A DNA stretch of 48,291 nt from Psammoneis japonica. Taxonomy: Eukaryota. A program made the position numbers and the translations under genes. This document shows positions 12,601-25,393 of the stretch, piece by piece. The notes beneath the pieces are model-generated. The model searched no databases. It was given only the letters and a program-made list of their open reading frames with translations, and was not told where the DNA came from. The DNA lies in NCBI GenBank assembly GCA_008632985.1, contig QPGO01000071.1:124001-172291 (forward strand), in the 5' to 3' direction. Every line of letters begins with the position of its first letter. Position 1 is the stretch's first letter.

Positions 12601-15600
12601 CAGGACACCAAAATTCAGGTGAAATGAAAAAAGCTCCCTGCAACAGCTCCGGAGGGTGCGAGTTGGCTGTTCTTGGCACAGTTGTTCCAACAAAACAAGC
12701 TCGCACGTCTTCCCAAAGAACCGAGAGTCAACAACGCCAGACCACTTCAGTGTCTTCAAAGGATCTGTTAACCCCCCTTGTTCCATTTCATTGATTGCAT
12801 CATTTGCAAAACCTTGGGACACTTTGGCATGTTTTGTGTGCGAGTTTCCGGACAGAAGCATGGTGACTGGGAGTTTTCAGTCGACAGAAAACAGCAGCGA
12901 CCTCTGTCTTCTTGGGAATTCTGCACAAAGCACCGCTCTTTAAGTGCCAGCAGCAAGGCTGGATCTGGGAGCTTGGGACATTGCATTCTTTGCAAAAAAA
13001 GGTCAAACTTTTGCCACTCAGACTGCAGGAGCTGATTTTGTCATGACAAGCCACACCCAAGCAACACAGGAGCTCTGCACTTTAAAGACATCTCAATGTG
13101 TCAAGACAGGCAGCATCACATCACCAGCAAGTGCACGTGCTTCATGCAGTGTCACCCAAAATTGCATCTGACTTAGAAACAAGACACGCAACAGGACAAG
13201 GTGTGAGAACAATGGACACGCAGCTGCAGACATGTGTGAAGTCATTTTGATGCTCCCGACTCTTTTCATGGTGCAATGAGTTGGTGCTGCATCAGTCATC
13301 AACACGACAGTCAATCAACATGTGCAGGGTGCGGCAAGCACATGCTTCGGCCCACAAGGCTTGCCAATGTTGGATGGCAGTGCAACCTTGAGGTTGCCTG
13401 CTGTGAATGGTGGCAAAATCAACAAAAGGTCTGCATGGAAAACAGCGCTTGCTGGAGCACAAGCAAAGGGTTCTTCTTTGGAGCACAGCTTGTGCAGTGT
13501 GTCCTGCATCAGCAGGGCTGTGCAGCTGGTGATGGCGGCTGTTGTCTGGTCATCTTGTGGCAAACAACATGGCCAAACACAGCATCTTTGAGAGACACAA
13601 ATTGCCATGTGAGAGCTGCAGGAGGCACAAGAATGTTGGCTGTGGCTGCTTCTCCAACCTGACTGCACAATGTCCAGGCCACAGCCACAGCCCATTCAAG
13701 ATTGTGGATTGTGGTGCGCAAACATCTGGGTGGAAAGTGCTGAGTGAATGCACAGCCAAGATCACATGAGTGACGTGTGGCCAAAAATTCAGTCAGAAAA
13801 CAGCGGGCATCACAGCACAGAGACAAACCACAAAGCCAGCCAAATTGTTGCATGGAAGCCAACACAGTGTTGTTGCAAGCAAGAGAGAGAGAGTTGGTGG
13901 TTGCAAGCTTGCAATGGCATGTTGCTGACTGAATGAGCACAAATTTTGGCATGCAATGCACTCATGAAATTCCACCCGGGGTGACCAAGCTGCCAAAGAC
14001 ATGATCCATGCCTTGTTGGAAGTTTTGAAAGAACATCCACTTGCAATTGTTTTGTCCCACTGGCGTTGCTCTCAACTGGAAGCTTTTGACAAAGCTGTCC
14101 AAAAACAACGCAAAACAAGTGCCAAGACCCATGTCATTCTGTTGCTCCACCACACAGAGGCCATCTTGTTCTGTTTGTCTGATGTGATCAAAGAGGTCAC
14201 TGGAGTGTCAGACGTCGCACCATCCAAGAAACTTGCAGAGGTGCAATGTTTTGGTTGACAAAGATCATCATCATCAGGCCAAACATGCATTGCATTGCCA
14301 AGCATCTTCTGGAATGGTTCAATGAAATTGCAGTCAAAGCAGGGCTCCCAGAAAGTCAGCTCAAACCCATGATTTCTGGAATCAGTGACAACATGTCTGA
14401 CACAGTCCAATCCATTTCTTCCACTGGCATTCAGAGTTGGGCATCTCTCGACATTTCTGACATTTCTCCGGCTGCTTCAGCAGTTTCTCCTTCTGCTGAT
14501 TCCAAAAGCCCTCCAGCTCCAAAGAGTGTTGGAGTTCACGGTGGTTTTCCAACTTGCTCTCAAGTCCTGAAGACTGCACCTGGAGCAGTTGTCCCCGGAG
14601 CCACCCCAATCTCCAAAATGTCAAACCAGTCAACTGAGATCACTGAATTGCAACAACTTGTTCTTAAAAACCAACAGGATCAAGAGAAGTGTTTTGCAGA
14701 TCTCAAAAGGAAGCACCAAGAGTCCATTTCACACCTGTCCACCCAGCTGCAAGCCACCATTGCCACACAGTTGCAGAGTTCCCAACAAAGGAAAAAGCCT
14801 GCTGCATCAGCTCCAGCCGGTGCCTCCGCTCATGACCCTTCACCTGAGGACACTTCAATGACCAAAAAAGCTGACAATTTGGATTTTTACAAGGCAGGCC
14901 CAGTCGTTCAAGCAACTTGCTGAAATCCCACAACACAGACAAGAGTCTTGCCTTCCAGCCTTCCCTCGAGGAAGTGTGGCCTCCAAATGAGGGGTGATGC
15001 CCCTTCGTCTGCAGTTGATCCCACTGCTCAGCAGTGGAACCAGCTCTTGTCAGGCAGAAGTTGTGTGCCTCCCTCCAGCACCATTGACCACACCAAATTG
15101 TCATCGAATGATCCCGTTGGTGACCCACTTCTCCCCAAATCATCCAGACACACACGACTGTGCATGTGTTCAACATCAACGGCTGTTTGTTCAACCAACG
15201 TGGCGGAGACTTTGACAATTGCACCCAAGCAGCAGACACCAAAATCCAAGCCACCGTCATTGGAATTTCAGAGACATGTTTGGACACCATGCAATTTCAA
15301 GTCTGTCACAGCTGCACCGCAGTGGTGAAACAATCTTTGCACCATGATGGCAGACTTGCCTGCTTGTCATTGAAGACCACTTTTGCTGCTCCACACAAAC
15401 CGGGCAGCACTGCTCTTGTGTCATGCAATTCTCTTTCCGCAAGGCACTGCTCTGAACATGAAGACCCACAGAGATGCTGATCAACACAGATTTTTGATGG
15501 GAAAGATGGCCATCAAGTTGTGTTTGTGTTGTGTTGCCGAGTGTGTGCCAACTCATTGTCCCTGGCAGGCAAGACAACCACATGTGCTCAGCAAGAAGTG

Positions 15601-16556
15601 GCCTCACTCTGCCAGCAAGGCCAAGCAAATCCTGACCCCCACCGCAGAGCCTTCTGCACTGACCTGACACGCATTCTTGAATGATTCTTGGAGATGATCT
15701 GAATTGTGAAGTGATCCCGGCAGGAGATTTCAACACTGACTTCCACCATGATTCTGACACACTCGCTTCCATGGCTCAAAGATTCAACATGTCGGATGTC
15801 ATGTGCCATCAACATGAAGACCTCAATTTCTCCAATCATGTGCAAGGTTCTAGATGCCTGGGCTGTGTCCTGGCAACTCCCGGTGCTCCAGCCGAAGCAT
15901 GGTGCTGTGGGTGTGAACCTTTTGGGTGTGGAATGTTGTCCAACCACCGTGCTTGTTTTGTGGATTTTGACACAGTTGCCCTGTTTGGCAGTCCTTCAAT
16001 CGACCTGCCAAGATTCCAGTTTGGGAACCTGCAAGCATCATCACCCAAGCATGTGACTGCGCATTTTGAGGCAATTGATCCTTTGACCACAAGTGTTGGA
16101 ATGTCCTGGACCAAACAGAGGCCCTTTTTCAATCAGATGCACTGAGTCATTGTCTTGCAAAGTGACCGGACCATGGACCATGACATGATGCAGTTCTCAT
16201 TGTCAGCAGCCAAAAAATGCAAATGCTGCAAAGAACCAGAGTGGTCTGTCAAATTGGCTGACCTCCAGAAGCAGGTGTTCATCTCATCTCAGATGATTTC
16301 TGTGTTTTGCAATCGCAAGGATCATGTGGTCCCTTCCATTCTCAGAGCACAGCACAAACTCTTCACTTCCTTTCTCCTTCCTGTGATGATTCAAGAATGT
16401 TCTGTTGCTTTGTTGCCCTGAGCTCAGTCAGAGTGCCGTCAAGTTGCCAAAGACAGTCAGAAACACTGTGACACAGAACATGATGCAAAAATTGCAGAAC
16501 TGGAACTTGAAGGCACCAAACAGTCTGAGGCTCAGGCAAAGCTTGTGATGTGTGGA
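12600..16556 (+). mobile_element. Non-LTR retrotransposon (Ambal-like LINE), 5' part: degenerate ORF1 and APE endonuclease of ORF2 (5' boundary approximate)
   Basis: APE motifs across broken frames from about 15100: RLCMFNING, IGISET, KPGSTA, IPAGDFN, GSRCLGCVL, SNHRACFVDFD. Interrupted at the TGGA target site (16553-16556). Confidence 0.8.
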
Positions 16557-17002
16557 GGCCTGTTCCAGCTCCAGGTGCTCCGCGTGGGTTCGATTCCCAT
16601 CATTGGCCCCCATTTTTAGGTTTGGCGCAAACAACTTTTTCAAAATCGGTTTTTTGCCAAATCGAAGGGCAAGTGTACACTTTGCATGTGTTTTCGGGTG
16701 TACACTCACCTTTCGATTTTCGAAATGATCAAAAATGAAGGAGTCAATTGTGCCAAATGTGATTTTCGGCTGGCGTCCCATTCCACGTGAAAAATGCTCA
16801 TGATCACTCACTTTTTCATTTTTTTGGAGCTCATGTGTTTGGTCTTCTTCAACTCAAGTGACGTCCGAACATGCCTCATTTCTACAGACACAATGCAGTT
16901 AATTTGATTGAGCGTGCCAAAAAAATGTGTCCTCTCGACTTGCCATCCGTCTCATCCACCAGCTCTCTCGATGCACACTTTCAATCAAATTTCCAGTGCA
17001 TC

Positions 17003-20000
17003 ATGGGCAACAAGAGGAAGAAGCAAAATGGAGTTGGCCATCGACACAAGTCAGGGACTGGCAACAGCAAAAACAAGAAGCCTAGTTGTGAACTTGAAAC
17101 ACACTCCACGGTCTCCGACCATGTCGTTGCTGCAGCTGAAGCAGCTGCAGCCACTCCCTTCAATCCGAACAACCCGAGTTCTGCTGCCTCCGTCACTCCC
17201 TCCATTGCTCCCACCGACCTGGCTGCTTTCAACCCAAACCCATCCACAGAACACCTCATTCATTGTCCAGTGTCGTCCTTGCCAAGACCGCCAGGCCCCT
17301 CCCAAATGCACACTGCAGGAGTGGCCGCCACTCCCTCCAACCCTGACTCTGACAATGCCGCCGTCACTCCCTCCGTTGCTCCCACCGACCTGGCTGCTTT
17401 CAACCCGAACCCCTCCAAGGAACACCCCACTCATTGTCCAGGGTCATCCTTGCCAAGACCGCCAGGCCCCTCCCAAATGCAAACTGCAGGAGCGGCCGCC
17501 ACTCCCTCCAACCCTGACTCTGACAATGCCGCCGTCACTCCCTCTGTCGCTTCGGCCAACCCAACTGCTGTCTCAACCTCACCGCCTCCCAAGGTTGCCC
17601 CACTTTTAATCCTCATGCATTTGAAGCAACCCACAAAGATCCCCAACAGGCACTTTGTCGTGCAGCGGTCAAAGTGAGAGAAGGAGTGTTGTCTTGCGCC
17701 GCCACTCAAGAACAACAAATCTGTGCGTTTGTGCATGCTTTGCATTTTCCCGAAATGGCCCCATTTCTTCAGGCTTGTAATTTGACATTGCCGAAAACAA
17801 ATGCTGCGGCTTTGCAAATTGCCAAGCAGTTGGGCAAAATGTGGGCACGTGCCAACGACACCAGCAATGGTCAACACCTTGCCGATGACAAAAAATCGTT
17901 TGTCTGCGCTCTTGCAACTGGAATCTCTGGTTCACCAGAAAAATCTGCTGAAGAGGAAAAGTTGTCTTCCCATGACTGCGCCAAGGCACTTGGCCTGAGA
18001 CGGAGCGCTGTTTGTCACCAAATGAAGAAGGGAAAGATTGCCAGAGAGGCATTGCTTTCAAACACTGACGATGTCATGTGGTCTTCAGTGCAACCCCGTC
18101 GGCGTCCTCACAAAGTTTCCCCTGAGATCCAAAAGGCATTTGCGCACTGGTTGTCAAATCATCCCAACATGGTGCAGTCTCCCAACACACAAGACATGAT
18201 TCTCATTAAAGATGAAGATGGAAACAAGAAACGAGTGAACAAATGGTTGCGCAATGTGTCCATGCGTGAGCTGCACAACGACATGTTGAAGCCTGTGTCT
18301 GTTGGCGGATTCGAACATGCACGTGATGCCAATGGCAAGACCCTCATCAGTGACACGATGTTTTGATTTTTGATTCCCAAGCAGTGTCGAAAAATGAATG
18401 CAAGTCAATGCAGCATGTGTCAATGCAGCAATTGCACCAACGCCAATTTTCTACAAGATGCATTGAACAGGTTTCGAAGGAAGCTTTTAAAAGAGATGGA
18501 GGTGGAGCAAAATTGGTTGAAGCTTGCGAGTGAGGATCCTGAGAACTTGGAGAACCATGACAGTGCCCTTGGCAAATTGGAGGAAACAATGCGTGTCTGT
18601 CAAGAGGAAGCATTTGGCCCCAATGGCCATCACCTTCATCCCAAAGCCCGAGATGCAGTTGCAACCATCACTTGTGGCAATGTCAATGGTCAGGATCATC
18701 CTCATTGGAAATGTGTTTTGGGTGAATGCGAGCATTGCCCATCCTGTCCAACTCCATTGTTGGAACAGAATGAAAGTCCCGCTGTGCCCCAAGTTTTGTT
18801 TCAACGTTGCTTGACTGTAAAAAGTTGTTCCAAGCATGGTGTGCACATGGAAGCATGTCCTGTTTGTGAGGCAGATCCAGATGGGAACAAGGACGCAAAG
18901 GTGAAACGTAGGACCTTGTTGACAAGGTTCCGAAAACCAGTCGGTGTCTTTACAAAAGAGCACTGCATTCCAAGTTTAGAGAAGCTCCGCTGCCACCTTC
19001 CCCACGTGGTCATTCTTGGGAAAAATCATTGCATGGAAATGTGTCGCAAAGCATTTGAGTCAACACCCAACAGCCTGTTCACGTCTCATGACTGCTCCGA
19101 GCGTCAGAAGGCAGAGTTCAACAAACAAGTTCAGGGTGACCATTGTGGCAACAACCGAACATTGTCAATCGAAGGAAGAGTTTGCGATGCAATGGTTGAC
19201 AATGAGCTTCAGAAAACACATCATGCGCATCTCTCTAACTCTTCCAAGCAAGATGCCACCACCACCAATGCTCACTTGGAAAAGTTTGTCACACGGTTAA
19301 AAAACCGTAACCTGCACAAGGCGTGGCTTGTGATTTGGGATCACACTGATGGTTGTGCCAAACAACACCAATGTGCTTTGGCACTGCACTTGTTGTCTGT
19401 CTTTGTGCACAAATGCAACATTGTGTTTGACCGTGCCATTGGAGCACCTGGACATGGCAAAGGAGAGGTTGATGGCATTGGAGCCTGCACCAAATCACTC
19501 ACACATCAAGAAATGCAGTCCACAACTGTTGCAGGAGTCAATGACAAGGATGGGAAAATCAGACCTGAAGCTTTGGTCATGGATGACAACAGTGTTGCAG
19601 CCACACACAGTTGTGCAAAGGAATGTTGCAAAATGCTCACAAAGAACAAGAATGCTTTTGGCGCAGTTGGTGACAGAAAACATGCCAAGAGGGAATCCCT
19701 TCAAAAGTTGATGCAAAGGGTGCATCATCTGCAGGAAGCTGACGAAGTTCTTGGCTCTTCAATCAAAGTCAAGTTGATTGGATTGGTGCAAGTGCACACG
19801 CGCCATTGTGGCATTGGAGCCTTGTGCCATTTCCGATTTGAACCTCTTTTCCCCATTGGTTGGGTTGCGATGCGAAGAATTCCTTGTGCTTGTGAAGCCT
19901 GCCTGGATCAGCTGAAACGGCCTTGGGTTAAAAATGTTGAGCCAACAGAGCAGCCGCGACATGCAGGTGGCAACTGAGCTTGCAAACTGTGGCCCATCTT

Positions 20001-20670
20001 TGAGGGACTGAATGATTGGCAAGTGTGTCAGGTGATTCAAACAGACAAGAGTGACGCCGACGAGGTGCAGTTGGTTCACAAATCTGTGTTGGACTTCCTG
20101 ACTGAGGAAATGGCCAAGGAAATTGTTCCAAACAGCTGTGCCGCTTTGTCTTGTGAATCTGAGGAGGGATTCTATCTGCTGCAATGGGATGAACTCCCCC
20201 ACAAAGCACAGGAGGATGAGGTTTGGAAAGAGTTTGACCCACCCATGACTGACAAGGCCGGTGAATGGGTTTGCAAGGGAACGCATCTTAACCCTGTTCC
20301 ACGGGCAAGAGGATGGTGCACTCCCGGTGATGCTGAGGAATGCAAGACAAGAGTGTTGCTCAAGCAAATTGCAGTTGCCAACATTGAGCTCAATGAACCA
20401 TCAGCCAATCTGGAACTGCCAAGCATGTGCAACAGGAATGAGGCTTCACTTCTTCATCCACGTCATTTGAGTGATGACGAGCATGAAGGAATTCTGGATG
20501 CCATCCGACAGCGGGAGGCAATGGATCATTTTGAGGACTGTTTGGACGAGGTGGAGGAACAAGACATCGAAACTGGTGAGTGGGGGGGAGAGAATGACGA
20601 CATGGAAGACACTGTGGAGGATGATGAGAGCGCGGCAGGGGACAGTGACAGCGACAATTCTGAAAAATAA
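17003..20670 (+). pseudogene. Sola-like DDD transposase (about 1200 aa), disrupted by one frameshift (about 17595) and two TGA stops (18364-18366, 19975-19977)
   Basis: Motifs HDCSERQKAEFNKQVQGDH, SKQDATTT, WDHTDGCAKQH and GAPGHGKGEVDGIG, plus Cys-rich Zn-binding segments and an acidic C-terminus. ORFs 17674-18366, 18370-19977 and 20023-20670 share one frame. Confidence 0.75.
17190..17560 (+). repeat. 171-bp (57-aa) tandem repeat, about 2.2 copies, in the transposase N-terminal region
   Basis: GGCTGCTTTCAACCC at 17221 and 17392; peptide TPSxAPTDLAAFNPNPS...PRPPGPSQM...NPDSDNAAV is repeated. Confidence 0.9.
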
Positions 20671-20689
20671 AATGGCAATGTCATGCAAC

Positions 20690-23600
20690 TAGATTGACCA
20701 TCCAACACAAAAGGTTTCCTTTTTGCACGCAACTTCTGCTGCACCGCCCTGGGAAGTTCGAACTGGTGCACCATGAACACTTGTTGCAGACGCTTTTTCG
20801 CCATGCATTTAACCTCATGTTCCTCATTCCCAAGACACCAATTGAAACACTCAATGTCCTTTGCTGGCAATGCAAAAGGGTGGTTGGAATCAAAGATCCA
20901 TCCATGGTGCAAGGCAATGCAGTGGTTGTTCACAAGACGGCACAAAGTTATGAAGTCATCATTGCAGGTCGTCACGTCAAATTCACCACCTGCTGCAAGG
21001 GAAATCGTTCGATCCACACTGCCGCAAAACTTCATGTTTGAGTTCTCAGGCAGGAATTTTCCCTTCAAACGACCGTTCAACATGTTCTTTGCAAACAACA
21101 TGTGCTTGTTGTCAGTGTCAGCATAGTTGGCAGATGTTTGAATGTGAGAAGCAATGCAGTCTCTCATTTCCACGTCGCCAGCATGATCAAGAACTCTGGC
21201 CAGGGAGGAAAAAACGCAAGTGTCGTTTTGTCCTTGCAGGAATTTCACGGGTGGACCGCTCATCGGCAAGTTGCTGTTCGATGGCATCAACACGTTTCCT
21301 TCCGGCAAGGAGCAATGACCATCCGATGGCTTCAATTCTTTCAAATCTTTCCACACATCTGGAAACCGAAACTTAAAATTGCACTCAGCCCAATCCAGGG
21401 TTGCACACATGGGACGGTTCCCCTCCAAGCTGCAACCAATGAAATCAGCTCCACGCCCAACAGGTGGAAGTTTTTGAATCTCCGCTTCAGTCAATCTCTT
21501 CAGTTTGGCAATCTGTGGTGGGTTGCAAATCGATTCCACCTTGTTCTTAATCTCGTCCCTGCATTTTCGATTGAGTTGCTGGGGAACGTTTGGTTTGTGT
21601 TTGGCACGTAAAATGAGGCCCGCACACGTGTTCATGGGATGGCCGTTCATTTAATTGTGTCGCTTGTCAAACCATGGTTCACACAACATGACGCCCTTGT
21701 TTTTCCCTTCAAAGCAACCAAACAAGTGAGGAACGTCTCCTTTTGGAATCGCCAGGACGCTGACGCCGGCTGTTCCATTTACTTGGATCAAACCAAATGA
21801 GTTTTTTAACCTGCAACATCACTTGAGCATCTTCGCACTCACGCTCGAGTCGATCCCTTTCTTCTTGGTGTCGCTGCACTTTGGTCAACCGACGCCATGA
21901 AGTGTCTCCTTTTGCCCTTGGTTTTGGGACAGAGCTACGAAGGCCAATGAGATCCTCATCCTTGTGCACTCCAGTCATTAATTTCAAGGTCTCATGCTCA
22001 CGTCTGCATCCAGCGTCTCCCACTGTCTCCCGCTTCTCTTCTGCAGCCGGGGCTTTCTTCCTCTTGTCTCTTGCAGCCTTGGCTTTCTCCCTCTTCTCTT
22101 GAGCTGCCTTGGCTTTCTCCCTCTTCTCTTTGGCAGTCTTGGATTTCTCCCTCTTCTCTTCTGCAGCCGCAGAAACTTCTTCCTTGCATTCATCGTCCTC
22201 CTCGTCCTCGGTTGCCTCTGGATCTTGCTCCTCCTGGATTTCGTCTTGCACACCGTCATCTTCCTTCTCTTCCTCCTCTTCCTCAGCCGATTGATCCATG
22301 GCCCCATCTTCCTCCTCTTTTCTCAGCCGATTGATCCATGGCCCCATCTTCCTCCTCTTCCTCAGCCGATTGATGCATGGCCCCATCTTCCTCCTCCTGG
22401 TTTTTGTCTTGCAGTTGCAACCTTGCAGTGCCAGCCTCGGCCTTTTGCAGGTCATCCGTCTCTTCAGTGCCCTCCTTCCCCTCTTCCTCTTCCTCCTCCA
22501 CCTCTTCCTTCAACCCTGCATCACGGGCACTGGCATGATGCGTGCAACAATGGCAACAAATCCTTCTGCAAAACTTGTGCCATGCAAGTCCAGGAGCTGC
22601 CTTGCACCAATCAGCAAGGTGAGCAAGCGGCTCTTTGAAATGATCCTTCCTGCTTGGTCCGTCAGGGAAGTGAACTTCAACCATTTGTTTGTCTTCGGTG
22701 ACGGCCTCCACTAACTCAGAGTGTCGTTGCGGCTTGAAAGGCCTGCACCACTGGTCTGGCGGACAAGTGCTGCCTCTGTGTTCACCACCAGAGGCAATCC
22801 ACAACACATGGTTGCACCACCAACCTACAATGATGTCAAACAAGGCCTCGGATGGCAGTCTGTCATTGGGGTCGAATGGCCCAAATGAGAAAATCCTCCG
22901 GCAGCCACTCGTGCAACTCATGAGCACTTTGCACGGCACGTTGGTGGGAAGTTCGGGAATGCAGGGATCTTCCTGCATGTCATCATCTGACTGTTCAAGC
23001 TTCTCCCTTTTGCAACACTCGTCATGAAAAACACAATCGTCGCTGTGATCCACAACGGGCTTCTTCAACTTCTTGTAGCTGATGCATGGTTTTCGACGCA
23101 GCTTTTTGTCCACCTGCTTCCTCTGAGCGATTTCATTGGGAACAGAGCGATGGTCACAGATTGAACCCCAGTGCTGTTTTGCAGATAGAATGGGATGTCT
23201 TGTTTCACATTTGAACTTGACGTCCAACCCCTTCAAAGCCAACATTTCAAAATTGTTCTTCGCCCCCTTTGGAGACTTAATTTGCCACCAACTTTGAAAC
23301 ACGACCTCGCCAAAAGGCACCCACGCATGCTTCTTTACATCTTCAGTCGACTTTTCATCATCGCACGATTCTAGGTTTTGAATGTTGACCAAAGATGCCA
23401 AGTGGAATCGGTGCTTGGCAATGCACGAATGATCAGCAATGCATCCTCCTTCAACAAGCGGTTCCTCCCAACAGTCTTCGTCCTTGCGGATCTCTGTTGC
23501 AATGTTCTGATGCTCGGTGCTGGAATGAGGCAATGCCAAAACAATTGCAGAGCTCATTGGGGGCAATCCTCTCCTTTGCACACAGGGCAACAGTGTTGCC

Positions 23601-24443
23601 TTGATCATTGATCATGAGATCATCCCAGTCCCAGTGCTTGCGGACGTCCGCCAGATCGGAACAATCACTCATGGTGTCCGTGATGTCCTCAAAACCCATC
23701 ACTCCCATGCAGTGAGACTTCAAAGTCTTCTGACAATGAAGACATGCATCCATCTTCTTGACAACACCACAGCAAATGGCTTGGGCAAGTCCAATCAAAA
23801 AAGGACATGCACCTCGACTCGACGGTGTGATCGATTGACTCTCATCGCCCGTCCCAACTGACACAACCGGAGACTCTGTCACACGGACATGGTCAACAAG
23901 CAGGCCAATGTTTGTCTTGACACGGCACATCAAAACAGCAGCAACATTTTGCTTGTCCTTCATGGCGGTCCCTCATCGACATTCCTGATGGCACCACAAC
24001 CAACATCAAGAGGTGCTGGTTCTTGTCCTTGATGCATTGGTTCAGTTGCGGTTGATTCTTGGAGTTAAATTTTTCACAAAACCAATCGACAACAGTGTTG
24101 CAGAACATGTTCCGTTTTTGGCACTGTTGAACCCATCCAAGCCATTCTTGTGATGAAGAACATGAAAGAGAGGGCTCGTCTTCTTTGTTCCACGATCTTC
24201 TGTGGTCAAGATGCTCAAATCTACAAGACCTTGAGGGCACTCAAGGGAATCAACCACATCTTGGAGAGGCACAGTGCACCAAGTTTTGGCTTTGCCCTGT
24301 GGTGGGCAATGTTCCGCGAGTGCCTCAACGCAACACTGGACGCAAAAGGAAACCTTCAACATGCTGGAAGAGTCATCGTTAGCTTGAGGAGAACTGCCAC
24401 CAACGGGACGCTGTTGGGAGGCTACTTTGGCCAACGTGTCCAT
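20690..24443 (-). pseudogene. Sola cargo ORF, frameshifted: GNAT-like region, central unknown region, E/K-rich repeat linker and C-terminal papain-like (C39-type) peptidase-like domain
   Basis: Overlapping minus-strand ORFs 24042-24767, 23893-24240, 23451-23963, 22283-23608, 21709-22455 and 20526-21650. GNAT-like: LLVDHVRV...RGACPFLIGLAQA...CLHCQKTLKSHCMGVMGF. Peptidase-like: FLQGQNDTCVFSS...NHCIALHHGWIFDSN (Q-C-H-D). Confidence 0.55.
22030..22400 (-). repeat. Coding tandem repeats in the cargo ORF: about 30-bp EKREKAKAA-type units and about 36-39-bp EEEEDGAMDQSA units
   Basis: Repeated CTTGGCTTTCTCCCTCTTCTCTT, and CTCAGCCGATTGAT(C/G)CATGGCCCCATCTTCCTCCTC three times. Confidence 0.85.
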
Positions 24444-24469
24444 GGCGAATGCACTGCTTTTGCACTCCT

Positions 24470-24718
24470 GTTTGTACGACAAATGCACTCCAGAGAGGGG
24501 GCCAACGTCAGTTGCCGCGAAAGTGATGCGGATGAACAGAGGCAGCCTCTGAGGCAGTTCCAGATGCTGAAAAGTGTCAAACAGCAAGCTGCACTCCCGC
24601 TTGTACGACAAATGCACTCCAGAGAGGGGGCCAATGTCAGTTGCCGCGAAAGTGATGTGGATGAACAGAGGCAGCCTCCAAGGCAGTTCCAGATGCTGAA
24701 AAGCACAAACAGCAAGCG
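24470..24718. repeat. 129-bp tandem duplication near the right end of the Sola element
   Basis: TTGTACGACAAATGCACTCCAGAGAGGGGGCCAA starts at 24472 and 24601. Confidence 0.9.
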
Positions 24719-25393
24719 TCACAGTGAAAACAAACCAAGACAAGTTTGTTCCAGTAGAAACTGTCACTCAGAGAATGCTCGGGCGAATGCTTGAGTTTTG
24801 TAGAAGTTCCGAAGGCCCTGGTGCAAAACAACCATAAAACAATGCATGAGAAGCAACCAGAAAAACACAGGCGCGCGGTGACACGTAAAAAAAAACACGA
24901 TAGAACGACTTGCCGAATTTGAAATGAGAGAATGCAAAGAGATGGTGTCATCCACAATGACAGCAACTCTTTAGAGCCGCAATCGCATTGCGATGACAAT
25001 GATGCAACTTTGAAATGAAAGGAACAGGCGGTTCCACACAACCGCAAGGGCAAAGAGGGGGTTGTGGAGCGGTGACAGCGGTGTGCTGCATTGTGGCTGG
25101 TGTGTGTTGGGTGGACGGCACGTGTTCGTAGAAGTCAGCATTGTTCTGCGCATTGCCAGAAAAACATTAAATGCCAACTGACACGATTCTTCCTGTGACG
25201 CATCATGCACCTCAGTTGTTGCACATGAGCATTGACATCACAAACACACCACGTCATCAAAACAATCAATGTTTGCACAAAGCCAAAAAGTGCGAGCTCT
25301 GCCGGGTGGAGACAAAAATGTCTGGCACTGAAAACTGCGTAGAAAATCTAGCATGATGAAAAGCAGAGCACCTGGAGCTGGGACAGGCCTGGA

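Larger units (their letters stand above)
16557..25389 (+). mobile_element. 8833-bp DNA transposon, Sola-like (Sola2-type transposase motifs), inserted in the LINE; 24-bp TIRs and 4-bp TSD TGGA
   Basis: Left end GGCCTGTTCCAGCTCCAGGTGCTC (16557-16580) and right end GAGCACCTGGAGCTGGGACAGGCC (25366-25389) are reverse complements with one mismatch. TGGA at 16553-16556 and 25390-25393. LINE ORF2 resumes after it. Confidence 0.9.

Noticed and set aside
16557..16612. tRNA gene
   Set aside because: Only a T-arm-like hairpin is present. It is too short, has no D or anticodon arm, and overlaps the TIR.
22280..22400. CRISPR-like array
   Set aside because: These are contiguous coding repeats without unique spacers, in a eukaryotic context with no cas genes.
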